From Desulfurococcaceae archaeon (GTDB taxonomy: Archaea > Thermoproteota > Thermoprotei_A > Sulfolobales > Desulfurococcaceae): a DNA stretch of 64,000 nucleotides. Positions within the stretch are counted from its first letter, which is position 1. Each line of letters opens with the position of its first letter. Positions 36,758-46,172 of this stretch are shown piece after piece. The stretch spans positions 256,001-320,000 of the forward strand of contig JAWAJB010000001.1 of the NCBI GenBank assembly GCA_038888155.1. Direction: 5' to 3'. The notes under the pieces are model-generated. The model had not been told where the DNA came from. It saw only the letters and a list, made by a program, of their open reading frames with translations, and searched no databases. The translations under genes were made by a program, and so were the position numbers.

Positions 36758-39557
36758 TGAAACCGATGAGAATGCCGTACTCCTTCTCATCAACGCAAAC
36801 CCTAAACCCACCGGACACCGCGAGCTCTCTGCACTGCTGAGAGATCCGGCCAGGCTCACCAAGTGCAGTAACCACGGGCTCAGCGGCAACAGGCTTCTCC
36901 TCGCCGGCGGCTTGCACAGCTGGAGAAGCAGCCGCGGCTTCCTCCACGCGAGCAATCTTAGCTTCCTCCATCTTCACCGAGAATATCTTTACTTTGCCGT
37001 GGACTTCTCCGTGCTTCTCATACAGCTGCCTGAGCTTCTCGAAGCATTTCTCATCGGTCCAGCTGTGGATCTCCTTAAAGTCCTTGGCGGATTCTTTAAT
37101 CCAGTTTCTCACCACATGCTCTGGATGCGTCTCGAGCTCATTACAGGACTCTACCTCTATAGCAACAGCATTAGAGTAGAGGGGTCTCCAAGTCGATTTA
37201 TCGACTGGTACCGCCACGAGGTCCGGTCTAGCCTTGACCGATGGATCTTGCTTAGCGGGTAGAACCACGTATCCCTTACCATAGTATTTCAGCAAAACCC
37301 TTCTAGCTATCCCGTACCCCTCTTCGCTCGGAGCCGCCTGCTTAAGACCCCTGAACAGTCCTTTAATATAGACCAACATCTTTCTATTTCCTTCACGTTC
37401 AACCTCAATGTAGCCTAGTGCGCTAAGCCGGGCAACAGCGTCCTCGAGGTCTCTTCTGGGAGCACCAAGCCTTGTGGCTAAATCGGTGAGAGCTATTCTC
37501 TTAGACTTGTATATCTCGTATAATGCAAGCATTTCAAGGGGTCTAACAGGGTCTATGTATTTTAGCAATGTGTTGAGCATGCTCTTCAAATCAGCTTTAA
37601 CCGCTTCATCGGGATCAAAGATCTTCGTATATATGTTCTCTCTTGCAACTCTATGCTCTACATAGTCCATTTGCACTAAAACAGGTGGAGGTTGTTGCTC
37701 ACCTGGTCGAGCAGTAACTTTCACTACGGCTCTACCAATCGTTAAGCCCGTCAAAGCCTCTGCCAAAGCGTCTGCGAAAGAAGCATCCATCATTGATAAT
37801 CTTTTAATATCGCTACCGCCGACCATGAACGCTACTTTCACAGCGCAGTTTGTTAGAATGGACTGTAGTAGCGTCTGCGGTATCTGCCCTGTATGTTGAT
37901 GCGCTATAATCAAGTGCAACCCATACTTTCTCGCCTCCGAGAGAACAGTATCGATAACCGGTAAATCGGCTACGAACTGGAACTCATCTATGATCAGGAA
38001 TACAGGTGTTCTGGGTCTGTTTAAACGTGCACGCGCTAGAGCTTCGAACCACAGCTTCATCACTATGGTGCTAGCTACTAGTCTTGCAAAGTTCTCCCCT
38101 AGGTCTGCCTTGGGTATCGAGAATATGGTGATCGATCCAGGCGATAGAAGCTTATCCATATCTATAGTTGTTTTAGATGTCAGCCTCAAGAGCAACTTGT
38201 CATGTGCATAAGCTTCAAGCCTTGAAAGCGCTGAAATAAATGTCTGGTCCTGCATGTTCTGCAATGCTTCCAACTGCGCTTGCCACTCAACATCATCTAT
38301 ATCTAAGTCTAATTCTCCCTTGTATAGAGCTAGAATTGCATTGTAAAGATCTGCCATCTTGGGAGAATCCGATTTAGAGTAGAGCGCTCGTAATATTACC
38401 TGCAACAAGTACTTCACGTTTACGGCAGTCTCCATCAGCTTCAAGACCTCTTTGAAAATCTCTAACAGAATGTCTATAGCGATAGACACAGCGTGGTCTC
38501 TGTCCTCGATCTTTGGGAGGTCTAACGGGTTTAACCCAAACGGGCTCTTGATGGGGCATAGGTATATCGACTCGGGGATTTCCTCGGCCAATTCTCGTGC
38601 CATGTCTCCATGGGGGTCCACTATAACTATCGAGGCGCTTCCAAGCTCTTTCAACCTATGAACAAGTAGCTTGATGAAAGAGGTTTTGCCGGATCCTGTT
38701 TGCCCAATAACGTATACGTGCCTAAACATGTCCTCTAGGCCTAGCCTGAACTCGCGACCATCCTCCAAGACGCCTATGCGAAAGCTCCTTTCACCAGTTC
38801 TCTCGGGTATGACTAGAGGTAGAGGCGACCCCCTCACGAAGCCTATCTTGTGTAGGCTTGGATCTGGCAACCTCATGATTTCGTGGAGCAGATCCTCGGT
38901 AAGCACTATTTTGTTTCTTTCGCCGATCAGCCTTTCAAGAAAGCCTAGCTTAGGTGGTTGCAACAGCCTCTCTAAATCGCATTGTTTCCTAGCCTTCTTC
39001 CTCTCCCAGGAGAGCCTTACGCTGCATGAGCCCTCTACGAGCTTTTCTATGAGCTTACGCGATTTCTTGTCCGGCGCTAGGAGTAGTACCTTGCCCAATA
39101 CAACTTTGCTTACGCGGTTTCGCAGTAGCTTAGCCCTCTCCCTGTATGCTTGATTATTATACTTCACTGATTTATTCATCAGCTTCGAGATCTCATTAGC
39201 GAAGACCATCTTTAAGCCCGGGTCTCGGGCGATGCTTACGCAAACTCCGCTTACACTATTAAGCGAGTTCACGAGGCCGGCTATATCTGAAACAACGATG
39301 TCCGTGAACCAGAAGTCAAAGCAGTTCTTTAACCTTGCATCCGATGCGTGTATTTCACTATTGAATAATTGTAATATGCTGTTGTAGCTAGCTTTTGAGA
39401 CACCGAAGAAGTTCTTCAGCGTGTCAATAGATATTGGTGTTTCTACAAATACGTGTAGCTTCTTTGAGTCGTTCACAATGCACAGCGTGAACTCAGGCCC
39501 AAAGACAGAGAATGGCGGCTTCGAGGAGCCAACTCTGGGCAAGAGCTCAACGAGCAC
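36657..39557 (-). CDS. VirD4/TraG (HerA-FtsK superfamily) coupling ATPase with C-terminal wHTH and PD-(D/E)xK-like domain
   Basis: RHVYVIGQTGSGKT, VDPHGD, LIIDEFQ, EARKYGL, AHQ; RPDLVA..AIEVES near the C-terminus. Confidence 0.85.
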   Translation of the reverse strand: MLVELLPRVGSSKPPFSVFGPEFTLCIVNDSKKLHVFVETPISIDTLKNFFGVSKASYNSILQLFNSEIHASDARLKNCFDFWFTDIVVSDIAGLVNSLNSVSGVCVSIARDPGLKMVFANEISKLMNKSVKYNNQAYRERAKLLRNRVSKVVLGKVLLLAPDKKSRKLIEKLVEGSCSVRLSWERKKARKQCDLERLLQPPKLGFLERLIGERNKIVLTEDLLHEIMRLPDPSLHKIGFVRGSPLPLVIPERTGERSFRIGVLEDGREFRLGLEDMFRHVYVIGQTGSGKTSFIKLLVHRLKELGSASIVIVDPHGDMARELAEEIPESIYLCPIKSPFGLNPLDLPKIEDRDHAVSIAIDILLEIFKEVLKLMETAVNVKYLLQVILRALYSKSDSPKMADLYNAILALYKGELDLDIDDVEWQAQLEALQNMQDQTFISALSRLEAYAHDKLLLRLTSKTTIDMDKLLSPGSITIFSIPKADLGENFARLVASTIVMKLWFEALARARLNRPRTPVFLIIDEFQFVADLPVIDTVLSEARKYGLHLIIAHQHTGQIPQTLLQSILTNCAVKVAFMVGGSDIKRLSMMDASFADALAEALTGLTIGRAVVKVTARPGEQQPPPVLVQMDYVEHRVARENIYTKIFDPDEAVKADLKSMLNTLLKYIDPVRPLEMLALYEIYKSKRIALTDLATRLGAPRRDLEDAVARLSALGYIEVEREGNRKMLVYIKGLFRGLKQAAPSEEGYGIARRVLLKYYGKGYVVLPAKQDPSVKARPDLVAVPVDKSTWRPLYSNAVAIEVESCNELETHPEHVVRNWIKESAKDFKEIHSWTDEKCFEKLRQLYEKHGEVHGKVKIFSVKMEEAKIARVEEAAAASPAVQAAGEEKPVAAEPVVTALGEPGRISQQCRELAVSGGFRVCVDEKEYGILIGFISAGYFVAVRDGRVVVYDPDGREVYSAAIQFSR

Positions 39558-39671
39558 GAGGGCTCACCTTTTGCGGTGGATCCAAATTTGGAAACCACGG
39601 ATCATCTTACACACCTCCATTGGAAGAGCGCGTGCTTTAAAAGCACTCCACATCTTAAACGGGGGTGTATT

Positions 39672-39992
39672 ATGAGGGTTTGCTTAAAGCCGAAGAGAGC
39701 GTTGGTCCCAATAACAACGCTACTTGCTCTAGCAGCCAATGCAGCTGTAGCCCAGCAGGTGCCAATAACAGTTGTGCCATCTCCACCGCCGGGCATCTCA
39801 GAGCCCATACAGAGGCTGCTCAGCTGGCTCGCGTGGGGCGGGTGGATAGCTGTAGCAGCTGCCTTCATTTTAGGCGCAATAAACTTCATAGTGGGGGACA
39901 GCGAGAAGGGGAAGAAGTACATTGCGGGGGCAATAATTGGGGCTATAATTATGGCCTTCTACTCAGCGTTAATAGCTGGGCTTATAGGATAG
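39672..39992 (+). CDS. VirB2/TrbC-like conjugative pilin (TedC/CedA1-type)
   Basis: Signal peptide ending AVA|QQ; two hydrophobic helices separated by GDSEKGKK. Confidence 0.7.
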   Translation: MRVCLKPKRALVPITTLLALAANAAVAQQVPITVVPSPPPGISEPIQRLLSWLAWGGWIAVAAAFILGAINFIVGDSEKGKKYIAGAIIGAIIMAFYSALIAGLIG

Positions 39993-40224
39993 CCTCTACG
40001 CAGCTTTTCGCTACGCTCAACCTATTACCTCGGGTTTCTACTCGCTGTGCCCTGCACTTTTGTGCAATAGCGCGACTTCGGGACAACGCAAGTGAGAGCA
40101 GCTCAATGAATCTCAGCGAGTGCGCTTTTTCAACCGCTCCTCTAAAATTGGAGACAAAGGCAGATTAAGCGAGCTCCTTGGAGCGCGGCTTTTTAAGCTC
40201 AAATTAGTTCTTCGGGGTACAGCT

Positions 40225-40674
40225 TTGAAAGAGAAGAAGGCCATTAAGGGCGTCAGCGAGCTGATCACCATTATCAGCATACTGCTAGTAGCTGTAGTAG
40301 CTGTGTTCTCTTTTAGGGCCTGGGTCTCCTCGCAACAGCAGAGAATGGGCAGCATTGACATGGCCACTGCAACGTACAGCGTCCAGTACACTTCACCCGG
40401 CAACGCAGCTGTATCATTGCTTGTGAGGAACAACATGCCCAGTAGCATAAATGTAGCGAACGTGACTGCGATACTGTCAAACAACGCAGTGCTTTTCGCG
40501 GGCCAGAACTTCACAACTACGCCCGCTATTCCAGTTTCAACCTCAGCGAAATCTGACACTTTAATCTTCCTGACGATCTCAGGGCTACAGAACGCTGCAA
40601 TTAGGGAGCTGAGCGTGCAAATAGTTGACCCATCCACTAACCAAACGCAGTGGATTAAAGCTGTAGGGGGCTAG
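40225..40674 (+). CDS. archaeal type IV pilin
   Basis: TTG start; class III signal KKAIKG|VSELITIISILLVAVVAVF. Confidence 0.8.
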   Translation: MKEKKAIKGVSELITIISILLVAVVAVFSFRAWVSSQQQRMGSIDMATATYSVQYTSPGNAAVSLLVRNNMPSSINVANVTAILSNNAVLFAGQNFTTTPAIPVSTSAKSDTLIFLTISGLQNAAIRELSVQIVDPSTNQTQWIKAVGG

Positions 40675-40697
40675 AGCAACAGCTTCACCTAAACCCC

Positions 40698-42167
40698 ATG
40701 CACTCTTTTTTAACCCCTCTTTCTTCAATGGAGAGGGCCTTGAAGATTAAGCTCAGACCATCTTTAACGCTAAAGCTAAAGAGAGCAAGTTCTTTGGCAC
40801 TCCTCCTTGGGAGAGGGGCAGAGAAGAGAGTTCAGCAGACCCTAGTTAGGGGATCTGAGGAGCCATTCAACGCCGTTACAAGCTACGGCATTGGCGCCTA
40901 CCTCGTCTCAATAGTTGAATCTGGGGGCAAACTCGAGTACGTAGTTCTACCCGTCTCAGAGCTAGAGGAGATGCGGAACGCTGTAAGCAAGAAGCTCGAC
41001 GACATAGTGCTGCTCTTGAGAAAAGGCAACGACCCCGGCGACATCCTATCCGCTGTCTTGAAAGTGCCGCGAAATAGAGTGGCCGATGCCCTGTATGTTC
41101 TTAGAACGTTAACGGGGTACGGCAAGCTGCAGGTTCTCCTCGACGACCCATACATTCAAGACATAAGCGCAGAGGGACCAGGCAGAATATGGATAAGGCA
41201 CTCCCTTGTGGAGGCGCTCAAGCCGGAGCAGGACTTCCTCCCCACTAACATCTACTTGAGCAGCGTTGAGGAAGTCGTAACGCTACAGCAAATCATAGCC
41301 ACTAAGTGCAACACGTACATCTCAACTTCCAACCCAATAGTTGACGCGCAGCTACCAACCCACGATGGAGGGCACAGGGCTCACTTGGTTTTCCCGACGA
41401 TATCTCAGAGCAGGCCCGAAATAGTCATTAGGAAGAGGTTGCCCCAGCCGCCTCGCCTAGATCAATTGGTTGACGCAGGAGTTTTGCCGAGAGCTGTTGC
41501 GGATTTATTCAGCTTAGTAATTAGAGGAAGAGGTTCCATAGTTATAGCTGGCCCGCCTGGCTCTGGCAAGACAACGCTGCTTCGGAGCGTGCTCTACAGC
41601 CTCACGCCGAAGACCTGGAAGGTAATAGTCATCGAGGATACAGGCGAGATTGATCCTCCCGCTGGGTCTCCGTGGACAAGGTACACTGCGTTCGAGCTCG
41701 GAGCAGTGAGGGTCGACCTATTTGACCTAGCCAAGGCCTCGTTGCGCTCGTCTGGGACGCGTTTAATAGTAGTGGGCGAGACGCGAGGGGCTGAAGCACA
41801 AGTCTTAAGCCAGGCGCTACTCGTGGGATTGGGGGCGCTCACTACTTTCCACGGCTCATCCCCAGAGGAAGTAATAGCCAGGCTCATGAGCCCTCCAATA
41901 GGCTTAACGCAGGGGCAGATAGGCATGTTCCACTATATCGCTGTCATGGGCTTTGGCGAGAAGCCCAGAAGGCAGCTAAAGCTCCTCTCTGAATTAGTTT
42001 ACAGCGCAAGCGAGAGCAAATTAAGCGCAAGAGCGCTTTGGAGGAGGGAGCAGGATGGATTAAACACATCGCTCGAGGACCTCGTCTCTAGGTCTGCTAG
42101 ATTTAATGAGCTGAAGGCGAGGCTCGAGGCACCGCAAAACAGCTCTCTGAGAGCAGAAGAAGGGTGA
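40698..42167 (+). CDS. type II/IV secretion (VirB11/UpsE/TadA-like) pilus assembly ATPase
   Basis: GYGKLQVLLDDP, GPPGSGKTT, IEDTGE, VGETRG, TTFH. Confidence 0.9.
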   Translation: MHSFLTPLSSMERALKIKLRPSLTLKLKRASSLALLLGRGAEKRVQQTLVRGSEEPFNAVTSYGIGAYLVSIVESGGKLEYVVLPVSELEEMRNAVSKKLDDIVLLLRKGNDPGDILSAVLKVPRNRVADALYVLRTLTGYGKLQVLLDDPYIQDISAEGPGRIWIRHSLVEALKPEQDFLPTNIYLSSVEEVVTLQQIIATKCNTYISTSNPIVDAQLPTHDGGHRAHLVFPTISQSRPEIVIRKRLPQPPRLDQLVDAGVLPRAVADLFSLVIRGRGSIVIAGPPGSGKTTLLRSVLYSLTPKTWKVIVIEDTGEIDPPAGSPWTRYTAFELGAVRVDLFDLAKASLRSSGTRLIVVGETRGAEAQVLSQALLVGLGALTTFHGSSPEEVIARLMSPPIGLTQGQIGMFHYIAVMGFGEKPRRQLKLLSELVYSASESKLSARALWRREQDGLNTSLEDLVSRSARFNELKARLEAPQNSSLRAEEG

Positions 42168-43621
42168 TGCCTATCCTCGCGGGACTTGAGGAGAAGTACA
42201 AGCGCATTGTCGCAACTGCGAACCCCAATGTTGGGAAGTACGCGAGTGCTCCAAGGGAGCTCCGCCTTGCGATCATCTCATCTGTAGTGCTGTTATCGTC
42301 AACTGCCGCACTACACTGCGCAGGCGCACTAGACTTCTCTAATCCACTAGTAGCTGTTATTGTAGCGGCCTTGCCTGCTGTCCTGTGGCTCAAGGTAGCT
42401 GACACTGTTGCAGGCGTCTCATCGCTGCGCAGAAAGGTAGAGGAAGAGCTAGCCTTTCTCGTTGTGGCTTCAGCCGCTGTGAGCAAGACTGGACTAGAGC
42501 TAGCTGAGATGTTGAAATACGCAGCGAGCAGCAAGGTGTTTAGGGGCGTTAAGGCTCTCGGAGAGCGGTTTGCTCAACTAAGTAGTCTCTTTGGGGCTAA
42601 CCAAGCAATGCACGCGCTTTCTAGAATAGCTAGCGGCAAGGCCAGGCTACTGCTCACTGAGTACGCTGCATCCCTATCGGCGGGCACAGCTCTCTACCTT
42701 CTCAGAGATCGCGCGGGGGAATTCGTGAGGGCCGCAGCTTTAGATGCAGATAGGGCTGTTCAATCGAGGGCTGCCCTTGGATTAGTGCTAACTACTATCT
42801 TCGGCGTTGCCCCAAGCCTATTCAGCGGCATGCTAATGCTTCAGGGCATTGGAGTGGAGGGAAACATAGCTGAGCCAGGAATTGAAGCCTACGCGTACTC
42901 TTTAGCGATTGCGGCTTTCTCGCCCCTAGTTTTAGCGATGATACCTGGCTACCCGCTCTCAATGAGCGTCGTTTTAGACAAGAGGCTAGTTAAGTTGCTG
43001 AACGCCCTGACTGCCGCTGGGACTGCCCTGCTAGCTCTACCAGCCGTTGCGCTTGTCATCAACGGAAGCGAATTTAAGGGCAGCGCCCTCAAGCTTGCCC
43101 CTATATCTATAGCGCTGGGCTCGGCGGGATTTGCCTTAATCCTATCGGCTATGTTTACCTCTAGAGTAGATGCCTCAGTTGAAGAAATGCTGAACCACGT
43201 GAGGGTGTGGCGCAGCTTGCACCTCTACAGGCCCAGCGCTCTCGAGAGAGAGGAGAGGAGGGGGGCGAGGCTCTGGACCGCAGACTACCTAGCAGAGGCC
43301 TTGAGCTTCTTCAGGCAAGTTGGCGACTGCGATCCAGCAGTCTTCGAGCTGCTCGCAATGTATGTCCACGAGTGCAAGCGCTCGGCGAAGAAGTGCCTTC
43401 AAACTCTCGCGGTAATGCTAGCAGTAGTTCTCATTTCACCTGCTATGAATGCTTCTATGTTGAGCTTAGGCGCTAGGGCATTCCCGCAGTACATCCTGCT
43501 TGGGTATTTATCGAGCGTTGCCTATGGATTTATTGCGAGCAAGGTAGCTCTAGGGGAGAGCAAGAGCACTCTCCTCCCCGCTCTTTCAGCTCTAATCTTC
43601 GCCCTAGTTGCTCCAGATTGA
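42164..43621 (+). CDS. TadC/UpsF-like pilus membrane platform protein
   Basis: Polytopic, VEEELAFL motif, coupled to the ATPase. Confidence 0.7.
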   Translation: MMPILAGLEEKYKRIVATANPNVGKYASAPRELRLAIISSVVLLSSTAALHCAGALDFSNPLVAVIVAALPAVLWLKVADTVAGVSSLRRKVEEELAFLVVASAAVSKTGLELAEMLKYAASSKVFRGVKALGERFAQLSSLFGANQAMHALSRIASGKARLLLTEYAASLSAGTALYLLRDRAGEFVRAAALDADRAVQSRAALGLVLTTIFGVAPSLFSGMLMLQGIGVEGNIAEPGIEAYAYSLAIAAFSPLVLAMIPGYPLSMSVVLDKRLVKLLNALTAAGTALLALPAVALVINGSEFKGSALKLAPISIALGSAGFALILSAMFTSRVDASVEEMLNHVRVWRSLHLYRPSALEREERRGARLWTADYLAEALSFFRQVGDCDPAVFELLAMYVHECKRSAKKCLQTLAVMLAVVLISPAMNASMLSLGARAFPQYILLGYLSSVAYGFIASKVALGESKSTLLPALSALIFALVAPD

Positions 43622-43675
43622 GTGGCAGGCGAGATCGCGTGTGCTCTGCTGATCTCCAGCCAGATAATTAAAGAG

Positions 43676-43753
43676 TGGTGCGGCGGCCGGGATTTGAACC
43701 CGGGATCTCCGGCGTGGCAGGCCGGCGTCCTAGACCAGCTAGACTACCGCCGC
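43676..43753 (-). tRNA. tRNA-Gly(GCC), CCA encoded
   Basis: GCGGCGG/CCGCCGC acceptor stem, CCGGC-CTGCCAC-GCCGG anticodon arm, GTTCAAATC. Confidence 0.95.
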
Positions 43754-43890
43754 GCCATGTTTAAACTAGTAATTGAAGCGCTTTAAAAGTTTACCTCTCA
43801 GCGCCCTTGCCGCAACAACTACTGCCGAGAAAATCGAGGGGACACACATAAATACCTCAAGAGAACTTTGGTTTTATCTAGGTGCTATTT

Positions 43891-44940
43891 ATGGCTAGAG
43901 CCCCCGTGCGCGTTGTAGTTAACGGCTACGGAGTTATAGGCAAGAGAGTTGCTGACGCCGTTATGCGCCAACCAGACATGAAGCTAGCTGGCGTTTCAGA
44001 TGTAGCTGCTGACTGGAGAATTAAGGTAGCCGCAACGAGGGGAATTCCCATTTACGCGTCCTTAGCTGAGAAAGCCCCAGAGATGGCCAAGAGAGGGCTA
44101 AAGGTAGAGGGAACCCTTGAGGAGCTCCTCAAGAGCGGCTCAGTTGATGTAGTAGTGGACTGCACTCCTGGTGGCATTGGAGCTAAGAACAAGTCACTTT
44201 ACGAGAAGTACGGAGTTAAGGCTGTTTTCCAAGGAGGCGAGAAACACGAAGTCGCTGGCACTTCCTTTGTCGCCCAGAGAAACTACAGCGAATCCCTAGG
44301 AAAGCAGTTCACTAGAGTAGTTAGCTGCAACACGACGGCTATCTGCAGAGTAATAGGGGGAATTCACGAAAAGATAGGCGTGAAGAAAGCCAGAGTAGCG
44401 ATATTTAGGAGAGCTGTTGACGTTTGGGAGTCGAGTAGAGCTGGAATAATGAACACTGTTGTCCCAGAGCTACGCGTTCCCTCCCACCAAGGACCTGACG
44501 TCCAAACTGTCATAAAGGGCCTAGACATAGTGACTATGGCGGCTAAGGGTAGCCACAACTTATACCACCTCCACATGGCAATGGCTGAAGTGAGAGCAAA
44601 GACTACGCGCGAGGAAGTTTTAAGGGCAATTGAGGAAGAGCCTAGAGTGATATTCGTGAGCGGCGAGGACGGCTTCGAAGGGCTTAACTCTATATTCGAG
44701 CTCTCTAGGGATCTTGGGCGCCCTCGCGGAGATCTCTACGAAATACCCGTCTGGGCGGACAGCGTTTCAGTTTCGCGTGACGGAGCAGAAGTATACTTGA
44801 TCTGGGCTACTCCTAACGAGTCAAACGTAATTCCCGAAAACGTAGACGCCATTAGGGCCCTCACAGAGATTGAGGCTAGCGCTAAAGCTTCTATAGCGAA
44901 AACTGACAGCTACCTCGGCGTTTTGAAGAAAGTCTACTGA
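43891..44940 (+). CDS. gap: archaeal type II glyceraldehyde-3-phosphate dehydrogenase
   Basis: NGYGVIGKRVADA, FQGGEK, VVSCNTT, VIPENVDAIRA. Confidence 0.93.
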   Translation: MARAPVRVVVNGYGVIGKRVADAVMRQPDMKLAGVSDVAADWRIKVAATRGIPIYASLAEKAPEMAKRGLKVEGTLEELLKSGSVDVVVDCTPGGIGAKNKSLYEKYGVKAVFQGGEKHEVAGTSFVAQRNYSESLGKQFTRVVSCNTTAICRVIGGIHEKIGVKKARVAIFRRAVDVWESSRAGIMNTVVPELRVPSHQGPDVQTVIKGLDIVTMAAKGSHNLYHLHMAMAEVRAKTTREEVLRAIEEEPRVIFVSGEDGFEGLNSIFELSRDLGRPRGDLYEIPVWADSVSVSRDGAEVYLIWATPNESNVIPENVDAIRALTEIEASAKASIAKTDSYLGVLKKVY

Positions 44941-45118
44941 TTGTAGGGCGCTTAAGCTCTAAGCTCACAAGACAAGCTCGATAAACCAAACTTTTTAAGT
45001 CCAGTTGAGCGAGCAGAGCTTCCTTGAACTAAATGATAATGATCTTACTTTAAGCGGGCAATTTAGGGCTTTACTGCGCTGTTTACCTATATAAACTCAG
45101 CCTGCGCTTAGGGATTTA

Positions 45119-46060
45119 GTGGTGTTTAGTGCTATGAAGCGCGCTTTATCTCTACCTGGCATTGAAGTACATGAAGTCCCAGTGGGACTAGAGCCGCACC
45201 CAGAGCTCATAAAGGCGTACATATTCCTCGACGTAGACTCAAAGATCATGCTACTCGCAGACCCAGGCCCGCTTTCGAGCTACAACGCAGTTAGAGGCGG
45301 AGTTGAGGTGTTCCTCGACAAGGGCTACGAGCTTCCATCTATCCTAATTACGCACATACACATAGATCACTACGGAGCTGCTACTCGCCTCGCAAAGGAG
45401 CTCGGCGCAAAAGTTCTCCTACACCCTAGAGCAGTTAAGCACGTAGCAGAGCCGTCGAAGCTGTGGGCTTCCTCTTTAGAGGTAATGGGCAACAGGGCGA
45501 ACGAGTACGGCAAGCCGTACCCGCTCGAAGAAGAGCTCGTGAGGCCTGTCAACGACGGAGAGCTACTTAAGTGGGGAAGAGTGCAGGTAGAGACATTACA
45601 CACCCCTGGCCACGCCCCCCACCACCAAGTGTACATTTTAAACGACATCCTGCTCGTCTCTGGCGACGCCGCTGGAGGCTATAACAGGGACTTAGACGTA
45701 GTCTTCACGACCTCTCCGCCTGGCTTGCGGCTAGACCTCTACATGGAGTCTCTTGACAAAATTGAGGCCAAGGGCTTTAAGTACTTAGCAGTAACTCACA
45801 TGGACATCGCCGAGAAGGGAAAAGAGGCGCTCAAGAGGCACCGCAGGCAGATGGAGGCGTGGAGGCAGAAAGTCTCTGAGCTATTGGGCAGGGGCGTTGA
45901 GCCTAAATTGGCGGATCTCCTCGAAGTCGACGCAGAGCTATCCCGCTACATGGAGTCCTTGAGAAAAACGGGCTTGTACCCCTCCATTGAAGGCACAATT
46001 AAGAGCGGCTTTGTAGCAGTAGTAATGGAAGTTCGCAGATTAATGAGCTCTCAGGGCTAA
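45119..46060 (+). CDS. metallo-beta-lactamase fold hydrolase
   Basis: THIHIDHYG, TPGHAPHH, SGD. Confidence 0.9.
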   Translation: MVFSAMKRALSLPGIEVHEVPVGLEPHPELIKAYIFLDVDSKIMLLADPGPLSSYNAVRGGVEVFLDKGYELPSILITHIHIDHYGAATRLAKELGAKVLLHPRAVKHVAEPSKLWASSLEVMGNRANEYGKPYPLEEELVRPVNDGELLKWGRVQVETLHTPGHAPHHQVYILNDILLVSGDAAGGYNRDLDVVFTTSPPGLRLDLYMESLDKIEAKGFKYLAVTHMDIAEKGKEALKRHRRQMEAWRQKVSELLGRGVEPKLADLLEVDAELSRYMESLRKTGLYPSIEGTIKSGFVAVVMEVRRLMSSQG

Positions 46061-46172
46061 GCGCGAGAGGATAGAGGCAAGGTCTTCATTGAAATAAAAA
46101 CAAGTGCACAGCTTTAGGTATTTAGGGTCTCCTCTCCTAGCAAATGCGAGCTCTCACTGGATTCCCTACGCG

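Larger units (their letters stand above)
25178..39595. repeat. dispersed 18-bp palindromic repeat G(T/G)WTCCAAAWTTGGAWAC, five copies
   Basis: 25178-25195 GTATCCAAAATTGGAAAC; 27709-27726 GTATCCAAATTTGGAAAC; 31685-31702 GTTTCCAAATTTGGATAC; 32023-32040 GTATCCAAATTTGGATAC; 39578-39595 GGATCCAAATTTGGAAAC. Confidence 0.85.
15868..43621. mobile_element. putative integrated or domesticated conjugative element with T4SS plus type IV pilus genes, abutting the tRNA-Gly 3' end
   Basis: VirB2/3/4/6/D4-like genes, T4P ATPase, TadC-like protein and pilins, replication and defence genes; boundaries approximate, no att duplication or integrase seen. Confidence 0.6.

Noticed and set aside
25178-39595. 18-bp repeats as a CRISPR array
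   Set aside because: Dispersed over 14 kb with no regular spacers and no cas genes
40138-40156. TCTAAAATTGGAGA (and similar at ~17092 and ~12960) as extra palindrome copies
   Set aside because: Too many mismatches, and similar strings occur in host genes
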